Part shown: positions 26,801-40,700 of the stretch, one piece after another
Position numbering within the stretch: position 1 is the first letter of the stretch
How the letters are laid out: each line of letters opens with the position of its first letter
Assembly (NCBI GenBank): GCA_001179505.1
Contig: CDMY01000277.1
Location: forward strand, 1-64,000
Source of the DNA: Vitrella brassicaformis CCMP3155
Lineage: Eukaryota > Protista > Chromerida
Reading direction: 5' to 3'
Length of the DNA: 64,000 bases
Program-made: the position numbers and the translations under genes
Notes under the pieces: generated by a model
Database searches by the model: none
Told to the model about the DNA's origin: nothing
Seen by the model: only the letters and a program-made list of their open reading frames with translations

Positions 26801-29800
26801 ATCTCGGCGTTCTGCTCGAAGGGTTCGGCCTGCGTCCCCAGCTCCCTGAACACAGCCAAAGCCAGCCAAGATAGGAAGAAAGGAGCACACCAACATTGGA
26901 GTGCCGGCTGTGTGTCTTTTCCTGACTGACTGACCAGATGCCTCCGTGGATCCAGATGTACCTGCATGAACCAACACCAACACCGACACAGACACAGACA
27001 CAGGTGCGTGTGCGTGTCTGCCCGTCGCCCTCCCTCCCTCCCTGTCTGCCCTGACTTACGTAGATTCCAGTTTGAGGTCCTTTCGGTCCCACACGAGCAT
27101 GCCGTGGATGAGCAGCATCTCCAGCTTGGGCGGGCTCACGTCCAGCAGCACACACTGACCGTCTGACAGGTGCGGAAGGAGAAATGACAGACACACAGAC
27201 CAGACAGACAGAAGGGGCAGACAGACAGGCCATCGGCTCGGTGTGCCCATATGAATGCGTACGGACCTGGTATGATGACGAAGTCGTCTTCTGCAGGCTC
27301 CTCGAAGTCTTTCCATGTGTTGACATCCGACCACCGGTCGAGGTAGCGGAAGTAAACCGTCTCGGTGTTTTCCACCATGGCATTGCCCCGACCCGGCACC
27401 TTGACGTCCACCGAGAAGGCTGCAGAGAAAACGGATGAAGATGCAATAAGAATGGACAGACAAAGAGACCAGTGCTGCTGCCTTGATCATTCACTTTGCA
27501 TGGTGGATGTGTCCCTTCGCCCGGTTGTGCACTTCCACTCCGTCTCAGTGGCGGTCGTCACTTCGCACTCGACGCCGTTGAACTTGACGATCCGTTCGGG
27601 TGGTTCGGTGCCAGGGTTGAGCCCAGTGCCCTTGATGCTCACGGTATCGTTTCCAAGCGAAGAGCCGTACTTGGAATTGTCGGTCTCCTTGCCGATGCTG
27701 CTGATGAGCGGCGTGTTGGCCCAGCTGTAGGCGACCACATAGCTGGCGTCGGCGACCGCGTTGGACGGAGTGGGTGGCTTGGTGATGAAGGTGGGCTTCG
27801 GCTTGATCTGCACGTGGGTGGGGCACTCACCGCCGGCAGCCGTGGCGACCACCACGTGACCCTCAAACCTGAATGAATCAATGAATCGAGAAAGGGGACA
27901 AGAACGGACAGATGGACACAGAGCGCCACACAGAAAGAGAGAGAGGCATTGGTGCACGTGAGGTGACGTACTTGATGTCGTGGATGTAGCAGCGGTGTGT
28001 TGCACCCCAGTAGCTGCACCACGCCAACAGAATCGATGCATGAGGAGCCTATTTCTTTCTCCTTTCTTTCCTTCTTTCTTTCTTTCTTTCTTTCGCCATA
28101 CCGGAAGTATCTGGCGGTGACGGGGGTGCCCAGCTCGTCTGTCTCCTCGACCTTGAACTCGCGGGCGGTGAACTCGTTCCATCCTTCGTTTGGCCGTGCG
28201 TCAGCGAGCCGCATGAAGGTCGTCCAGGTGCTGCCGTCGTTGGACCACTGGAACTCGCCCAGCTTGAAGAAGTTGCGCTCGTGATGCGTCGCGGGAGGGA
28301 AGAAGGCCAGGTTCGTCAAGTAGCCCTTGACCTTCTCGCCCTACACGCACCGCAACGAAACACACAGGAGAACTAGCCTGGCCGAGCCCATCCGTGGCCT
28401 GCGTACCATATCGATGCCAACATAGCATCGGTCGCCCGAGTCCGCGCCATGGTCGATTGTGCCGGCCGTCTCAGGGTCGTTGTCGAAGATGCGGCTCTTG
28501 TCGTACTCCTTGTTGGCCGTCTCGTCGAGCGAGCTCAGGGTGGCTTCGTGGGGGAAGATCTCCAGCGGCAGCACCACATTGCGATCCGCCAGCTGACCGA
28601 TGTCCGCCTCGGTGAGGACTGGCGGGGTGCGGCAGGTGGCCTGTCCATACACAGGGCCGTCCTCGACTGCACAGGGGAGGCCGCAGACGGTGATGCGGTT
28701 GTCGTTGGGAATGTCGCTGAAGCCTCTGCCGGCGAACGTGATGAGCTGGCCGCCGGCAACGGACCCTGGACCGCTGCCGTCCGATGTCACGCCGGTCACT
28801 GCGAGTTCAAATGTGATCTGGAAGGAGGCGGCCAGACCCTTGCCGCCGACGTACACCTCAACCCAATGGGTGCCTGAAGACACACATACAGGCAGACACA
28901 CATGTACCGGTGAGGAAGGGATGGATGAGGTGCACCTTGTCTACATGGACATATGTGTGTGTACCTGCCGTCTACATGGACATATGTGTGTGTACCTGCC
29001 GGCGTATCACCCAGAGTGCATTTGATGGAGGTGGCGTCGGCCGATTGCCAATCGGTGATAGCGCACTCCTTGCCGCCGATGACGACCTTCCGCTTGTCGG
29101 ACTCGGGGACCTCCTGGGTGTCATCGTCTGTCAGGCTGCACGAGTCTGTCACGAGGGGGGGCTGGACGTCCTTCTCCTCGAAGAAGGTCTTGAATGTGTG
29201 GTCGGTGCCCATGCCCTTGATCTCCAGCGTTTGGCCCTTCTTGAAGCCGCTCTCGATGGTAACCTTGTTGTTGTCGACGTTCGGGTTATTGCCATCCTGG
29301 AGCACCTTGGGCGTGATGCCCGTGTCGATGTACGCCACCTGGCAGTTGCACCTCGTCTCGCACTTTGACGACTTTGCTATCAGATCGTCGGGCCACACTA
29401 CCGCTGCAGCAGCAATGCACACACATGGGGGCAGCATTCGCGTGAGTGTGTGGTGGTCATATGGGTCGTCATGTGTCTCCTACTTACTTTGGAGTCGTCT
29501 GCGTCTGTGCGAGCCGACGTCCTCCTTGGCCCAGTCTCTGATCATGGTGACGACGATATCATCAGGCTCGGTGTGGATCGTAGCGTTGCCGGCGTCTCCA
29601 CGGGGGGCAGACAGGCGGCGACGGGAGTCGGCACCCGAGATCTCCCGCTCCTGACGGAGAAGCCTCACTGCATGGCTGGTCCACGCTGCCGCCTCCTACA
29701 CGAACACACAAAGATGAACCGTGATGTTCATGTGCCGTCCCTCCCTCTGCCCCGGCGTGCGTGGCTGCCTGACCGCGTCTCCCTTGGTCCTGTGTGTGTT

Positions 29801-32800
29801 GTGGTGAGTGCCGCCTCCGAGGGCTATGTCAACGTCATGGTGGCGGTGGTAGGAGAGCTCTTTCTTGTGCAGCGAGAACCGAGACGCCACGCCGCCTTTG
29901 CCGTGGGCTCTGAGGCGACGACGGATGCGGTCGGACGGATGCAGCGATATCTCAGCTGCACAAAGAGAAGATAGGTGTACACGCAAAGACACATGAAGCG
30001 AGGGAGATCCGCCTGTTGTCATTTGCTACTAACTCTTGGGAGTGAGCCGCCTTCGCCTGCTGGACGTGTCGGTGGTGAAGAGAGTCTCGTCCTGCCCGAG
30101 GACACGGACTTTGATGTCCGCCAGCTGGAACTTGTCGTTGCCGACTGTGTCGGGCTTCTTGGATGTCATGCACTTGAGCCTCGTGTGGGACGCCTCGATC
30201 GGCTGCACACACATAGAAAGGCGCACACACACACAGAGAAAGAGCGCCAAATCGACGAGACATGTGCAGTTAGTCTGCCGGCAGCTGAGGGTACCGTGCA
30301 GTCGCCCCATTCGTTGTCATTGTTGCTTGGGTCGAGTATCTTGACCTCGTTCTGGTCAGCCTGGGGACTGAAGCCCTCGCCGATCAGCGTTATCACACGA
30401 CCGCCCTACATGAATACAGTCAGGGAGCATCGAACGCAGGACACGTCTGCGTGTGGCTCTGCTGGCCTACCTCCATGGACGATCGGCGAGGCTTGACTTC
30501 GGTGAGGATCAGCTGATTGAGGAAGCCCTCTGCCGCCACGTTTGTGGCGTCCTTGGCGTACCCATCGCCTGCACACCACGCAAACACGTCACGCCGTCCC
30601 CATCCATCCATCCATCCATCGTGTGTGTCCGTTCCCGCTGACCGACCTTTGATCCACAGAGTCACGGGGAGTTGGCTGGCGGGGTATTCAGGGATAGTGC
30701 ACTTGGCTGTGAGGGTGGAGCCAGATATGCTGGTCACATCACAGAGCTCGCTCTCCACGTGGCTGTCCGTCGCATGGTTGCCCAAAAGCAGCCTCGCCGT
30801 GTCCCCCGTGGTGGCCTTGGACTCGGCTGTGTCGGCCAGCTGTGCTGTGAAGGTGACCTCAGTGCCACTCTTGCCGGTAGTGTGGCTCATTGACGTGAGG
30901 GTGTTGGTCTGCTTGGCCGTGTACTTGAACATGCAGTTGCTGCCGGAGTCCTCACAGAGGGGCTGGACAGAGTTGACGGTAAGGTTGATGTAGCCGGTGA
31001 CCTCCAAATTCTTGGTGCAGATCTCCTGTGCGGCCTCCTCGGCGTTGGTGTACTCCTCACGGACGGGCCAGGCGAAGTCACAGAGAGACGGGGTGACGCA
31101 CTCGATGCGGGTCGCCGTGGCTTCTGTCACCTTGCAATCCAGCTTAATCTCAGCTGATGAATCACCAGAGAGGCAAGCAACACACACGGCGATCAATCAA
31201 TGCGTGTGTGAGTGTGTGTATGTGCTCGGGCTACCTTGTTTCTCCTTGGTCTCTTCGAAGCCCTCGTGTGTGTAGTCGAACCAGAGGTACACGTTGTAGT
31301 CGGCCGTCAAGGGGTCCAGCGCGAACCCCTCGCCATCGATCTCGATCTGAGTACCGCCGTACAGCCCGCCTAACACGCAAACACACACACCGATATGACA
31401 ACGCCTCAATGCAACTCGGTCTGCACGCGTACCCGAGGGCATCACGCCATTGTTGACCTTCGTGATTTTGTAGGTCATGTTGAGCTGAGTGTTCGCATCT
31501 GTCCCCCTTATCTTGGCCTTACCCCAGTCCGTGACCGTGAGGGTGGGCGGGACTTCCGTCACGGGGACGTCCGGCTCGGGATGGACACGTTTGAGGCGGC
31601 ACAAGACGGTGTCAGGGTTAGTGTCGATGTTGATCTGTAGGATGCGGCAGGGGCGGTTGCCGAAGAAGACCGTCATGGGCGGCTCCCTGTTCTTGTCGGC
31701 CTCATCCAGGATGTCGTAAGTCGTCCCAGGCTCACCAAACTTCTCACCTGCATGAGCACACCCGTCGAAATAAGAGGACAATGGTGGCGCATGACCAGCG
31801 ACCCACCCACGCACATACCTGTGATGGTGATTGATCTGGATACTGATGCTGGCACGATTAAGGGGTCAGAGCCGTTGCCAACCTCGATCGTGTCGATCTC
31901 GGGAGTCTTTAGATCCGAGTAGGTAAAATTGAAGGCTTCTATCCCGGAGGAGGCCGGGAGACCGTCAGCGCCTTCGTTGACCTTGACTACTGCACCGCCA
32001 GTCCCTTCCGGCGTGAGACACGTGATGCTCGTGTAGGACGCAGCTGTGATGGTGCAAAGCTCCGAGCCTGCGCATGGAGAGAGAAACAGCATGTGGTCGA
32101 GTTGGTGGATGCGGGTGTGCGCGTGTCTCCCTTACTCACCGACTTTGACGACATTTTCTTCGAGAGCCGCTTTGAAGCCGCTGCCTGTGATGGTGATTGG
32201 CAGCCCGCCGGCCTCCGACCCGTCCACAGGCGACGCATCGGCTGTGATCCACTGCAGGTACCCCATGCCGCCCGCGGGATACCCCGATCCAAGGGTGGCG
32301 ATGCCTCTGCTCTTGACCAGCACCTCCAGGGGAATGTTTGAGCCAAACTCGCCCGCACCGACGGTGCAAGTGATAGTGCCGGGGTCGGCAGCGTCGACCG
32401 AGTCCACCTCGCACGGCGCCTTGCCGATCATCACAGTCACGTCCTCGGCCACAGCGTTGGCGATGTTCCTGACTGCATCGAGACACACATGCACAGGTGC
32501 ATCCAATGAGAAAAAGGCATCTAGCCTCATTTGTGTGGTGCCAACGCACTTGTGATGGTGAGTTGGTCTCCCATCTTGACGTCTGTCTTGTCGATGGCCG
32601 TGACCTCGGGGGTGCGGCTGGTGTCGTAGGTGAAGGTGTGGCCGTATGCCGAGTCGTCCTTTTGGTGGGCAGCAACCATACCCGTCACCTCAACGTCAAC
32701 CTGCACACACATGACACACACACAGAGAGAGATGCCAGTGGTGGGTGCGTGTGTGTCTCGGTGCGCGACCTGGTTGTAGTCGGGTGGCACAGCTGCTCTG

Positions 32801-35722
32801 AAGAAATCAGCCGGAATGGGCGAGAGGAAGACGTCCTTGGGGTCACCCTGTTCCACCACCATAACGGGCGGGCTGGCCAGGGAACAGTTGCCGCGAGTAA
32901 GGCCGCCCTTCTCGGTGTCCTGACCACGTTGCATACCGCACACACACACTCTCAAAGCGTTCCAGCGTATGTGCTCATCTCCTCTGCGCACCTCAGACGC
33001 AGTGATGGTCGGTATGACGCCGTCGCCGACCTTGCCCGGGACGCCGAATTGCACCACGCGGTAGACATCAGGACCGTCGCTCCAGCCCCAATACTGCACA
33101 TATACACATTCACACGCATCAGCCGGACAGGCAGAAATGGATGGGGTGTTCGGCTGTGTGTGACCCGATCGACAGGGATGCCCGCGTTTTGGATTGCGTT
33201 GCGGAACTGCGAGGACGTCACATTGCCGTAGATGGGGACGATGGTCTCACCAACATGCAGCTTGATAAAGCCTGCACACACACCCCATCCATCCATCCAT
33301 CTCTGCACAAGTCCTGCCGTACCGTATCTGTATTTGAGTGTGGGGTCTGCCACTTCGTCGTGTATGATGTGGAGCATGACGACGGCCGTCATGGAGTGGT
33401 ACTGGCGCAGCAGCTGCTTGGCCGGCTGGTCAAGGCCGTCCACCGCCTTGATGCGCGCAGCCAGACGGAACCGACTCACACCCGTCCACTGAGAACAGAG
33501 ACAATCCACCATGGCATGTGCACAGTGCGGGCAAATGAGGCTTACGTACCTCCCAGACTCTTGCGCGCATAAGGTATGGTGTCTCTGCCACGAGGTCCTG
33601 CTCGGCCGATATCTGGCCGGCCGCCTTCCAGTAGTACCAGTCGGGGCTTGTGGCTGACTCGATGTTGATGATCGGCGCCTGCCATTGGCCGCCGCTGTAC
33701 ATCCTGACACACACATACAGCCGTGTCTCTGTCTGTCTAAAAGTCTGATGTGTGTGTGTTGTTGTGGCTCACTCGAGTGTGGCCTGGTCATCGGCTGTGG
33801 CGTAGAAGACGTATTTGCCGCTGACAGGGGGGATGAAGTACATGACCATCTCCTCGCCGTAGTTGTCGTCCTCGCCGCCCGCGTTCTTGTAAAAAGACAC
33901 AGATGTCTGCGTCACATCCTGCACACACACATAGACAGCATCATGTGATGTGTGTCTGGCTGCACACACATCCATCCATGTGTCGATGTGGGGCTGAATT
34001 TGACCTCCATGATTGGCGAGTTCGGGTATGGTTTTTGCTGGTCATCATTCGCGTGGTCAGGGTTGAACACGTCTTCTCTTGCGATGCGACTGTTGCCCAC
34101 CTTGTACCAGCTGTATCGCTGAGTGAGTGACACCACACGCCACAAAGACGACAGAGAGCATTGTCCACCTTCTTCGATCTGTGCTAAGCTCAGTCCATTT
34201 TGCGTCTCACCCTCCTGGGAACGCCCCTGGGCCCCATCTTCCATGGGTCAGAGGTGGCAACGTCTTGCTTGGCGCGTGCCTTACATGTGATCATCTCGGG
34301 CTCCACGGTGAGCACATCACACGGGATGCCGGCCAGCGTCACATTGACGTCCTCTGGCCCCAGGCCGTCCATCGACTCGGGAAACGACGTGCCCTGCGAA
34401 ATGGACACATACACAGAGACATAGAGACACAGTGTCCAGAGACATGCACGCACTTACGTTGATGTGGACAATGTCTCCTCCGTTTTGGCCGGTGGTGTCT
34501 GGCGTGACTTCCCTGACGGATGGGTAGACGGTGACGTGCCAGCTCTCGCCCGTAGCGACGTCATACTGCGCCGCATAGGGCTCCGCGTATGCACGACCGT
34601 AGCCACTCCAGTCCTCCTCGATGTTCTGCGCCTTGTGGACGATGCTGTGGCGGCCACACGGCAGCTCCTCGTACACAGTGCACGTAACCCGCTGGCTGCA
34701 CACACACACACACACACAGAGACAGAAACAGTTCTTCTCTTCCCCATGTGTATCATGTGTGTGTTGTGCCTGAATGTGCATGTGCATACTTGTAGCTGAC
34801 GCCTTCCTCTGCGTCAGGAGTTTCGCATCGCTTTCCGCCGATCCAAATCTGATGATGGTCGATATTTGAGACTGACAGGCACAGAAATAAAGGGATTGAA
34901 GCATAGAACGGAGCCAGATCGGTGCTTACGTTTGAGCGAGCCCTCGATTTTGAACTCGCTCCCTGCGGTGGTGGCCGACGTCATTGATGTGATTGTGGGC
35001 GTCTGACCCCACTCGTAATTGTACTTGGCGCTAGTCACTATCTGAAACCATGGATCATACGAACAGGACAGCGAGTGTCAGAAGCGCCTCTCTGGCTGGT
35101 CCCTCTTGCCTTTCCCTTTACCTGGCTGGCGTAGATGGGCGTGATGATGTGGACCTGTATCTCGATGTTGTTCTTGGGCTCGAGGACGCCATTCTCGTCC
35201 AGGCGGGGCCGCGTCTCGCACTTGATCTGGTTGGGCGTGTGGTCGTACTCGACGATGTCACATGGAGTCGTTCCTACCACAGATCCCCCACACCACCAGG
35301 CGTTTGCAGCCAACTGGTCGGCCCGGCGTTTGTGTGTTCACCGATGTAGACGACGGTCGAGGTTGACTCGAGAGCGTCGCGCGACTCGGGCGTCAGCTCG
35401 TTGCCCTCTATCCACACTGAACCAACCACAACAGACGACACACTTCACAGAGGGCTCACGGTCTGTCTATCCACTCATCTCACGGAAAGATCCGCCCATC
35501 AAGGAGCCCTTCCGGGGACGCACACTGGTGACCTGCGCGATGCACACGCGCACACAAAGGATAAAGCCGTGACCCACCGAGCAGAGAGCCGAACGTCCAT
35601 ACGATGTGCAGATCTATGCAGCCTGCGGTGTGCGTGTTCCTTACGGTGGTTTTTGCTGGCTGAGCATAGCTCCATGGAACGAGCAGTGCCAAGATCAACA
35701 ACACAGACCTGTAACGCCCCAT
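17811..35722 (-). CDS. Giant fibrocystin-L (PKHD1L1)-like type I surface protein: many IPT/TIG, PA14, F5/8-type C, two G8 domains, CEMIP/TMEM2-like beta-helix, TM; dozens of exons
   Basis: Signal peptide MGRYRSVLLILALLVPWSYA. IPT starts (VTSVRPRKGSLMGG, ASPVDGSEAGGLPITITGSGF). PA14 (YFIPPVSGKYVFYATADD, ~33.6-33.9 kb). G8-1 (RWSDVNTW...CVLLDVSPPKLEMLLIHG, ~26.6-27.4 kb). Beta-helix (ELYHCGQQGNLGRYCSHFH...HHSFQRGTTIHG). G8-2 (WSEADTW...LGNKAVGVVG, ~22.6-23.3 kb). TM FLIGALCCLAVITIAAAIVYF. Confidence 0.9.
28939..29000 (+). repeat. Perfect 31-bp tandem duplication containing a minus-strand splice donor
   Basis: gtctacatggacatatgtgtgtgtacctgcc occurs twice (28939-28969, 28970-29000). Confidence 0.9.
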
Positions 35723-35936
35723 CTTCGCCTCAATAACCTATCGCTATCCACAAACGTTGCCGGATCCTTGGGTATGGAAGATGGATGTGGGGGACGGTGA
35801 AGAAGCTCCCTCGTCACTATGTTCACCTGTCGTAGCAAGCCCGGCCACCCCCGGCGTGTGTTCGAACGAGATCTCTCGCGCCCCTCCCAGCTCGCATGGG
35901 CCCCCGCCCGCCCCCCAAGTCTTTTGGAAGACCACA

Positions 35937-37175
35937 ATGAGGCTGTGGAACCTTGGCGTTGCCGCATTCGATATCGTCCCGCTCGTATTGTTATGCGTCG
36001 GTACGCAGCTTCTCACAAATCACTCTGCACTTCGCTGCGAACGTGTCTGTTGCGATGCAGCGTTGAAGTCGGACGAATGGCTACGTCAACATGAGTTTGG
36101 CTACGTCATGGACTCTAAATTTGCCTCGGGCTTCCTCGCATCGGGCGTCGTGCTCCTCCTCATGTCAATCTGCTGCAAGTGAGTACACGTGAGGGTTAGC
36201 TCCTTCACAGCTTTCATGCAGACACATTCATGGATTCGAATTCCGCGTCTGCATGACTTCCTGCCTGCAGCGTCTACACGTCATACACCGAAGGTGGGCT
36301 GACTGCACACTCCGGGCTGGACATTCATCCATCATTCATTTCTCTGTCTCTTTCTCTTCACCCTCCGCGCCGGGCGCAAAGATATGCGGGTTGTGGCGCT
36401 GTCCTTTGCCGGCGCAATTTTCCATCTCTGCGTCTCATTGGTGATGTTCCTTGCGACTGCCACATTCTTTTCCCTCGGCCTGATCATCACATGGTTTATC
36501 CCATGTCTTCCGCAACACTGGGACCTTCCTGAATTCTACCACACCGTCGTCACCTCCGGCTTCTTTTGTACGGCACACGGAGGAATAGAAGAGGCCGCCG
36601 GGGCGAGAATCGACCTGCAGCGTCTAGCTCAGCCCGATGCAGACGATGTGCCTGATGTAGATACAAAAGGGAAATCTAGCGGCGGTACAACAGAGAGACC
36701 AAGAAGGATGCACTTATTCGTGGGAGTGTGTATTCAGAGGCAGCCGGGGCGGCCGCTATTGCAAGTATATACATAGTATTGTATCTCATCGGCAAATTCC
36801 TTGCTTGGGTCTATCACCTCGACTGGACGCAACCCGCGCTTCTCCTCGTCCGGCCATGCAAGTGGCTGGCAAACGTCTTCTTCGTCACAGGTAGGCAAGG
36901 CGTGGATAATCATAAATGTGTCTCATGGTGTGTCTCCCACAGGTTTCATATTCTGGCTGGTGTTTGCGGCCGCCGAGGTCAAGACGGATGGAGGGCCATC
37001 CAAGATCGAAATGGGCGAGGCCAGCAGAATAGGTGAGTGCATACTGAGCAGAACGATTACACGATGTGCGATTGTGTGCATCGATGACTACAGCGGTGGC
37101 GGGTATTGCTCTGACCATGGCCTCATTGGCAGTCGAGTATTGGCAGCTGAGAAGCAAGGGCAAACCCGTCATTGA
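35937..37175 (+). CDS. Orphan Cys-containing multi-pass membrane protein, copy P1
   Basis: MRLWNLGVAAFDIVPLVLLCVGTQLL...FLASGVVLLLMSICC|...MRVVALSFAGAIFHLCVSLVMF...; canonical introns; paralog at 46818. Confidence 0.6.
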
Positions 37176-37733
37176 CGTCAGTAAGCTGGATGAAGAAGTG
37201 CTTGACCAGTCAGCCAACGAGTGAGCTCAAGTGAGACCGAGGGAGGACAAGGAAAAAGGAGGGAGGGAGTCTGCGTGTAGGTTGGTAGAAGTAATTGCTC
37301 GTCTGCTTTTGTTTCTGTAAGACTGAGTGAGCAAGAGACGTCTGTGGACTAAGGACCGCCATATGTCATATCCGCTTCACTGAGTCTTTCTCCACAGTGA
37401 TGTATGTGCGATATCCTTAGCTGCTCGTTCAGCCTATCAGATATCCGAACCATCATCTGATAGAGCGAACAGTTTGATGAAGGTTCCGGCAGTCAGGTGT
37501 CCGGCCCTTCAGGTCGTTGCCTTTCCCCCCGTACACAGACCACTAGGTCACACACGTCCTTTACCTCTCCCCCTTGACACACAAAGCCAAAAACACATTT
37601 CTGAACGTCCGCTGCATCTGGCCCCCAGCACGCAGGCCACCACGTCACACGCGTCTTTCTCTCTTCCATACCCCCCTTAACACACACGACCCATCGAAGG
37701 CACACTTTGAAAGACAAGAGAACAAACTGCCGA

Positions 37734-40700
37734 TCAATTCCCGATTGCCTCCTGGACGGCAATGGACGATTCAAGCACCTCCTCGCGCCACAGCGCCATA
37801 GCTACCCAGAAGAAGACGATCAAGACTCCAAACACTGACACCAGCGATGCGCAGAAGAAAAAACTCCTCATCTGCATACCCACACAAAGACAAATACATA
37901 CATACAGCACCAACACATGCCCATCGCTGCCGCAAACACACATGTGCGGCCGGATACGTGCCCAGGTCCTCTCTGCTCTTGTCGTACCCTCTCCAGTCCT
38001 TTGCGCTTTTCTTCGTCCTTCTCGTGGCGAAGACGAATGTACGTATACAAAAGCCCTATATGAGACACACACAACAACGGACGGACACACGCATGCGTCG
38101 GTATGTCTGATGTCACTGCTATGTGTTGGCAGCGAACCAGGGATGTCACAGCAGCAGGCCGCAAGGGGCAGAATGCAGCGAGCGCAGCCGCGCGACCAGC
38201 CATACAAGCACTTCAGACTGCAGGCAAACCACACTCAAAGACAAGCGAATCGACATTTGTGCCTCAGTGTAGGGGTTGTGTACATACATGCGACCGCCGT
38301 CAACGCCAGGGGGGAGAACGCACAGCTCTCTCCTAAATTGGCCACTGCGTGAGGCGCGGAGGATGGGGCCAACGATGCCGAGGAAGAAGACGGCACCGAC
38401 GGTGATGTAGATGATGCCGACAATGCACAAGGCCCTCTAAAACCACACCCCAAGGCCCAAGACGTACATATCGACGGCAAAACACTCACTTACCCATCCA
38501 CTTACCTCGTACGGCCCTGAGACGTAGGGCAGGTAGAGGAGGCCGATGAAGGGCACCGTCACCAGGAACGCAATCATGTATGCCCAGGCGACGCAGACAA
38601 AGATTCGATGGGGCACCGAGTCGCCCTGTAGTGCTTTCTTCTGCCCGCAACAATGCACAGCAGAAGAAGAGATCTCCACGGCTGTCTGGTTCTTACAATC
38701 GCAATTTGTAGGCGGTAAGCTCGGAGAAGCAAAGAGATCTGGAGACCCTCTCAGAGCCAAAATGAAAGAGACATACGTGTATTGTCAGTGCCTGTTGCAC
38801 CTCGAAAACCCAGGAACGTGACAGTCCAGGGCTGGAGAAGAACTCCGCAAAGAACTCGAGCATCACCTTTTCCTGATCGACGGCACAGACGGACAGAGAA
38901 AAAAGTCAGCTCTTTGTCTGTCTCGAGAGGTGAGGCACCTGATCGCCATGGAATTCCTTAAGCGCGCCGTCTACATCGTGCACCCATTAAGAATGGGGAA
39001 GCATGATTCCACACTAATTTTTCCACGCATACTTACTGAGGCTGTTGACCAGCTCGGACGCAAACCAGATGCTGATGGTGAGCGCACTAACCGACAGAGA
39101 CACAGAGCATGCATTCATGAAGCTGAGCTGCTCGTCTCGTTTCGCGTGCGTACATGTCGAAGGCAGCCGAGCGGAAGGGCGACTCGTCGTCGAAGGGCAC
39201 ATACAGCAGCGGCAGCACCGACGTGACTGTAGTGAATATGACGGTCACCTTCACACCCGTCGGCCAACGGTACCGGTTAGAGGATTCTGTTGCCCGCTTC
39301 TTGGCTTCATCCACACGCAGTCTCCACACCAAGCAGATCAGCAATACGAGGGGAAGCGTAACCGTACCATCCCGCTGCTGAACTTCTCGTGCCAGGCCTT
39401 CTTGAGCTGTAGGCTGCTGCACTGTGTCTCCTCCTCTCTGGTCCTTGGAGCCGTCGGCGTCCCTGTCCTGGGCTCCCGCCGTATCGGCTTGCGCCTTCTC
39501 CTTTTCTTCCTTTTCCTTCTTGTCTCTGGCCAGCCTCTCCTCGACTGCAAGTTAAATGTGTGTGAGACAAGGACGGAGCATAGCTACTTGATATGTGACA
39601 TATCTGTTTCAATGTGGTATTCTCGCTTAGCGTTGATCGTCACCAGAAATTCCAGGAGTCCGACTGATCCGAGAATACGCAACAGGTCCAGGACAGCCTC
39701 TTTCGGTCGTGAGTCTTCCTCCATCTGTTGCTGCGCCGTCTTTGTTGTTTTGTCCGCCCTTTTCTTGGCCCCTCCTGCTTGCTTGTCCCCCTGCCCCTTT
39801 TTGTCTTTTTGTCTATTTCGCCCGGTCAGCTTCGCATCCTCTCCCGGCATTCCGCTTATGTGTCCTGCTGCTGTTTTGGTTGCTGGCTCTTCCTTGATGT
39901 CGTCTTTGTCTTCATCTTGTTGGTGAACACGAATGTCGCTCAGTCCAACGCCGCAAGACTCGTCTTCACGGCGTTCAACGTCTTCACGGTCTCCAATTTG
40001 CTCCCCTTCTGGCGCTCCGCTTCCGCCTGCTTCGGCAGGTGGGGCCTTGGATTGCTCTTGGCTGTCTTTCTTTTCCGGTCGTGTATCTTTCATGCACTGC
40101 GACGAGCAGCGAAAGTAGTTCTTCAGGGGAAGCCAAATCGCAAGGGATTGAATGGCCAATGCCGCGCCGAAGAAAATTGAGTGATATCCGACACCCGCCG
40201 AACCAAAAGCCCTGCATTCATCGACGTAATCACACTCTGCATTGTGTGCATTGGGCGGTGCGAGTATCTTACGTGAGCCCAAAGAGGAGACCGAATTGCG
40301 AGAGTTCCATGAAGGTGAGCCAAGCCTTCTTTCTATTCTCGCCAATCCAGGCACGGCAGCCGGCAAGCATGCGTCTGCATGAAAGCTTCCCCTCGTCCTC
40401 CTCAAGGAGATCCTCAATGATGCCGCTGGCCAGGGCGTGGACAAAGAAGACGGCAAAGAGACCCAATGTGTGCCACACGTCACCCTCATCCACAACGAGA
40501 ATGGCCCATATGTCCTGCAGGGTGTGATGTAATGCGATTGACCGCACTGCAGGGTGTGATGTCACTTTCCTCTTTCTCACCTCTGCCAACGTCAAAGCAC
40601 TGATGAACAGCCCGATGTTAAATTCTGCGTTGCACCACTCCATGTGCAAACCAGGCAGAACGACAGCGGCCAAAAAGACGAAGAGGAGCATGGCGCCGAC

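Noticed and set aside
18500-35300. Many long plus-strand ORFs (e.g. 21835-22665, 19459-20148, 26243-26929)
   Set aside because: Antisense shadows of the GC3-rich fibrocystin-like exons; no recognisable motifs.
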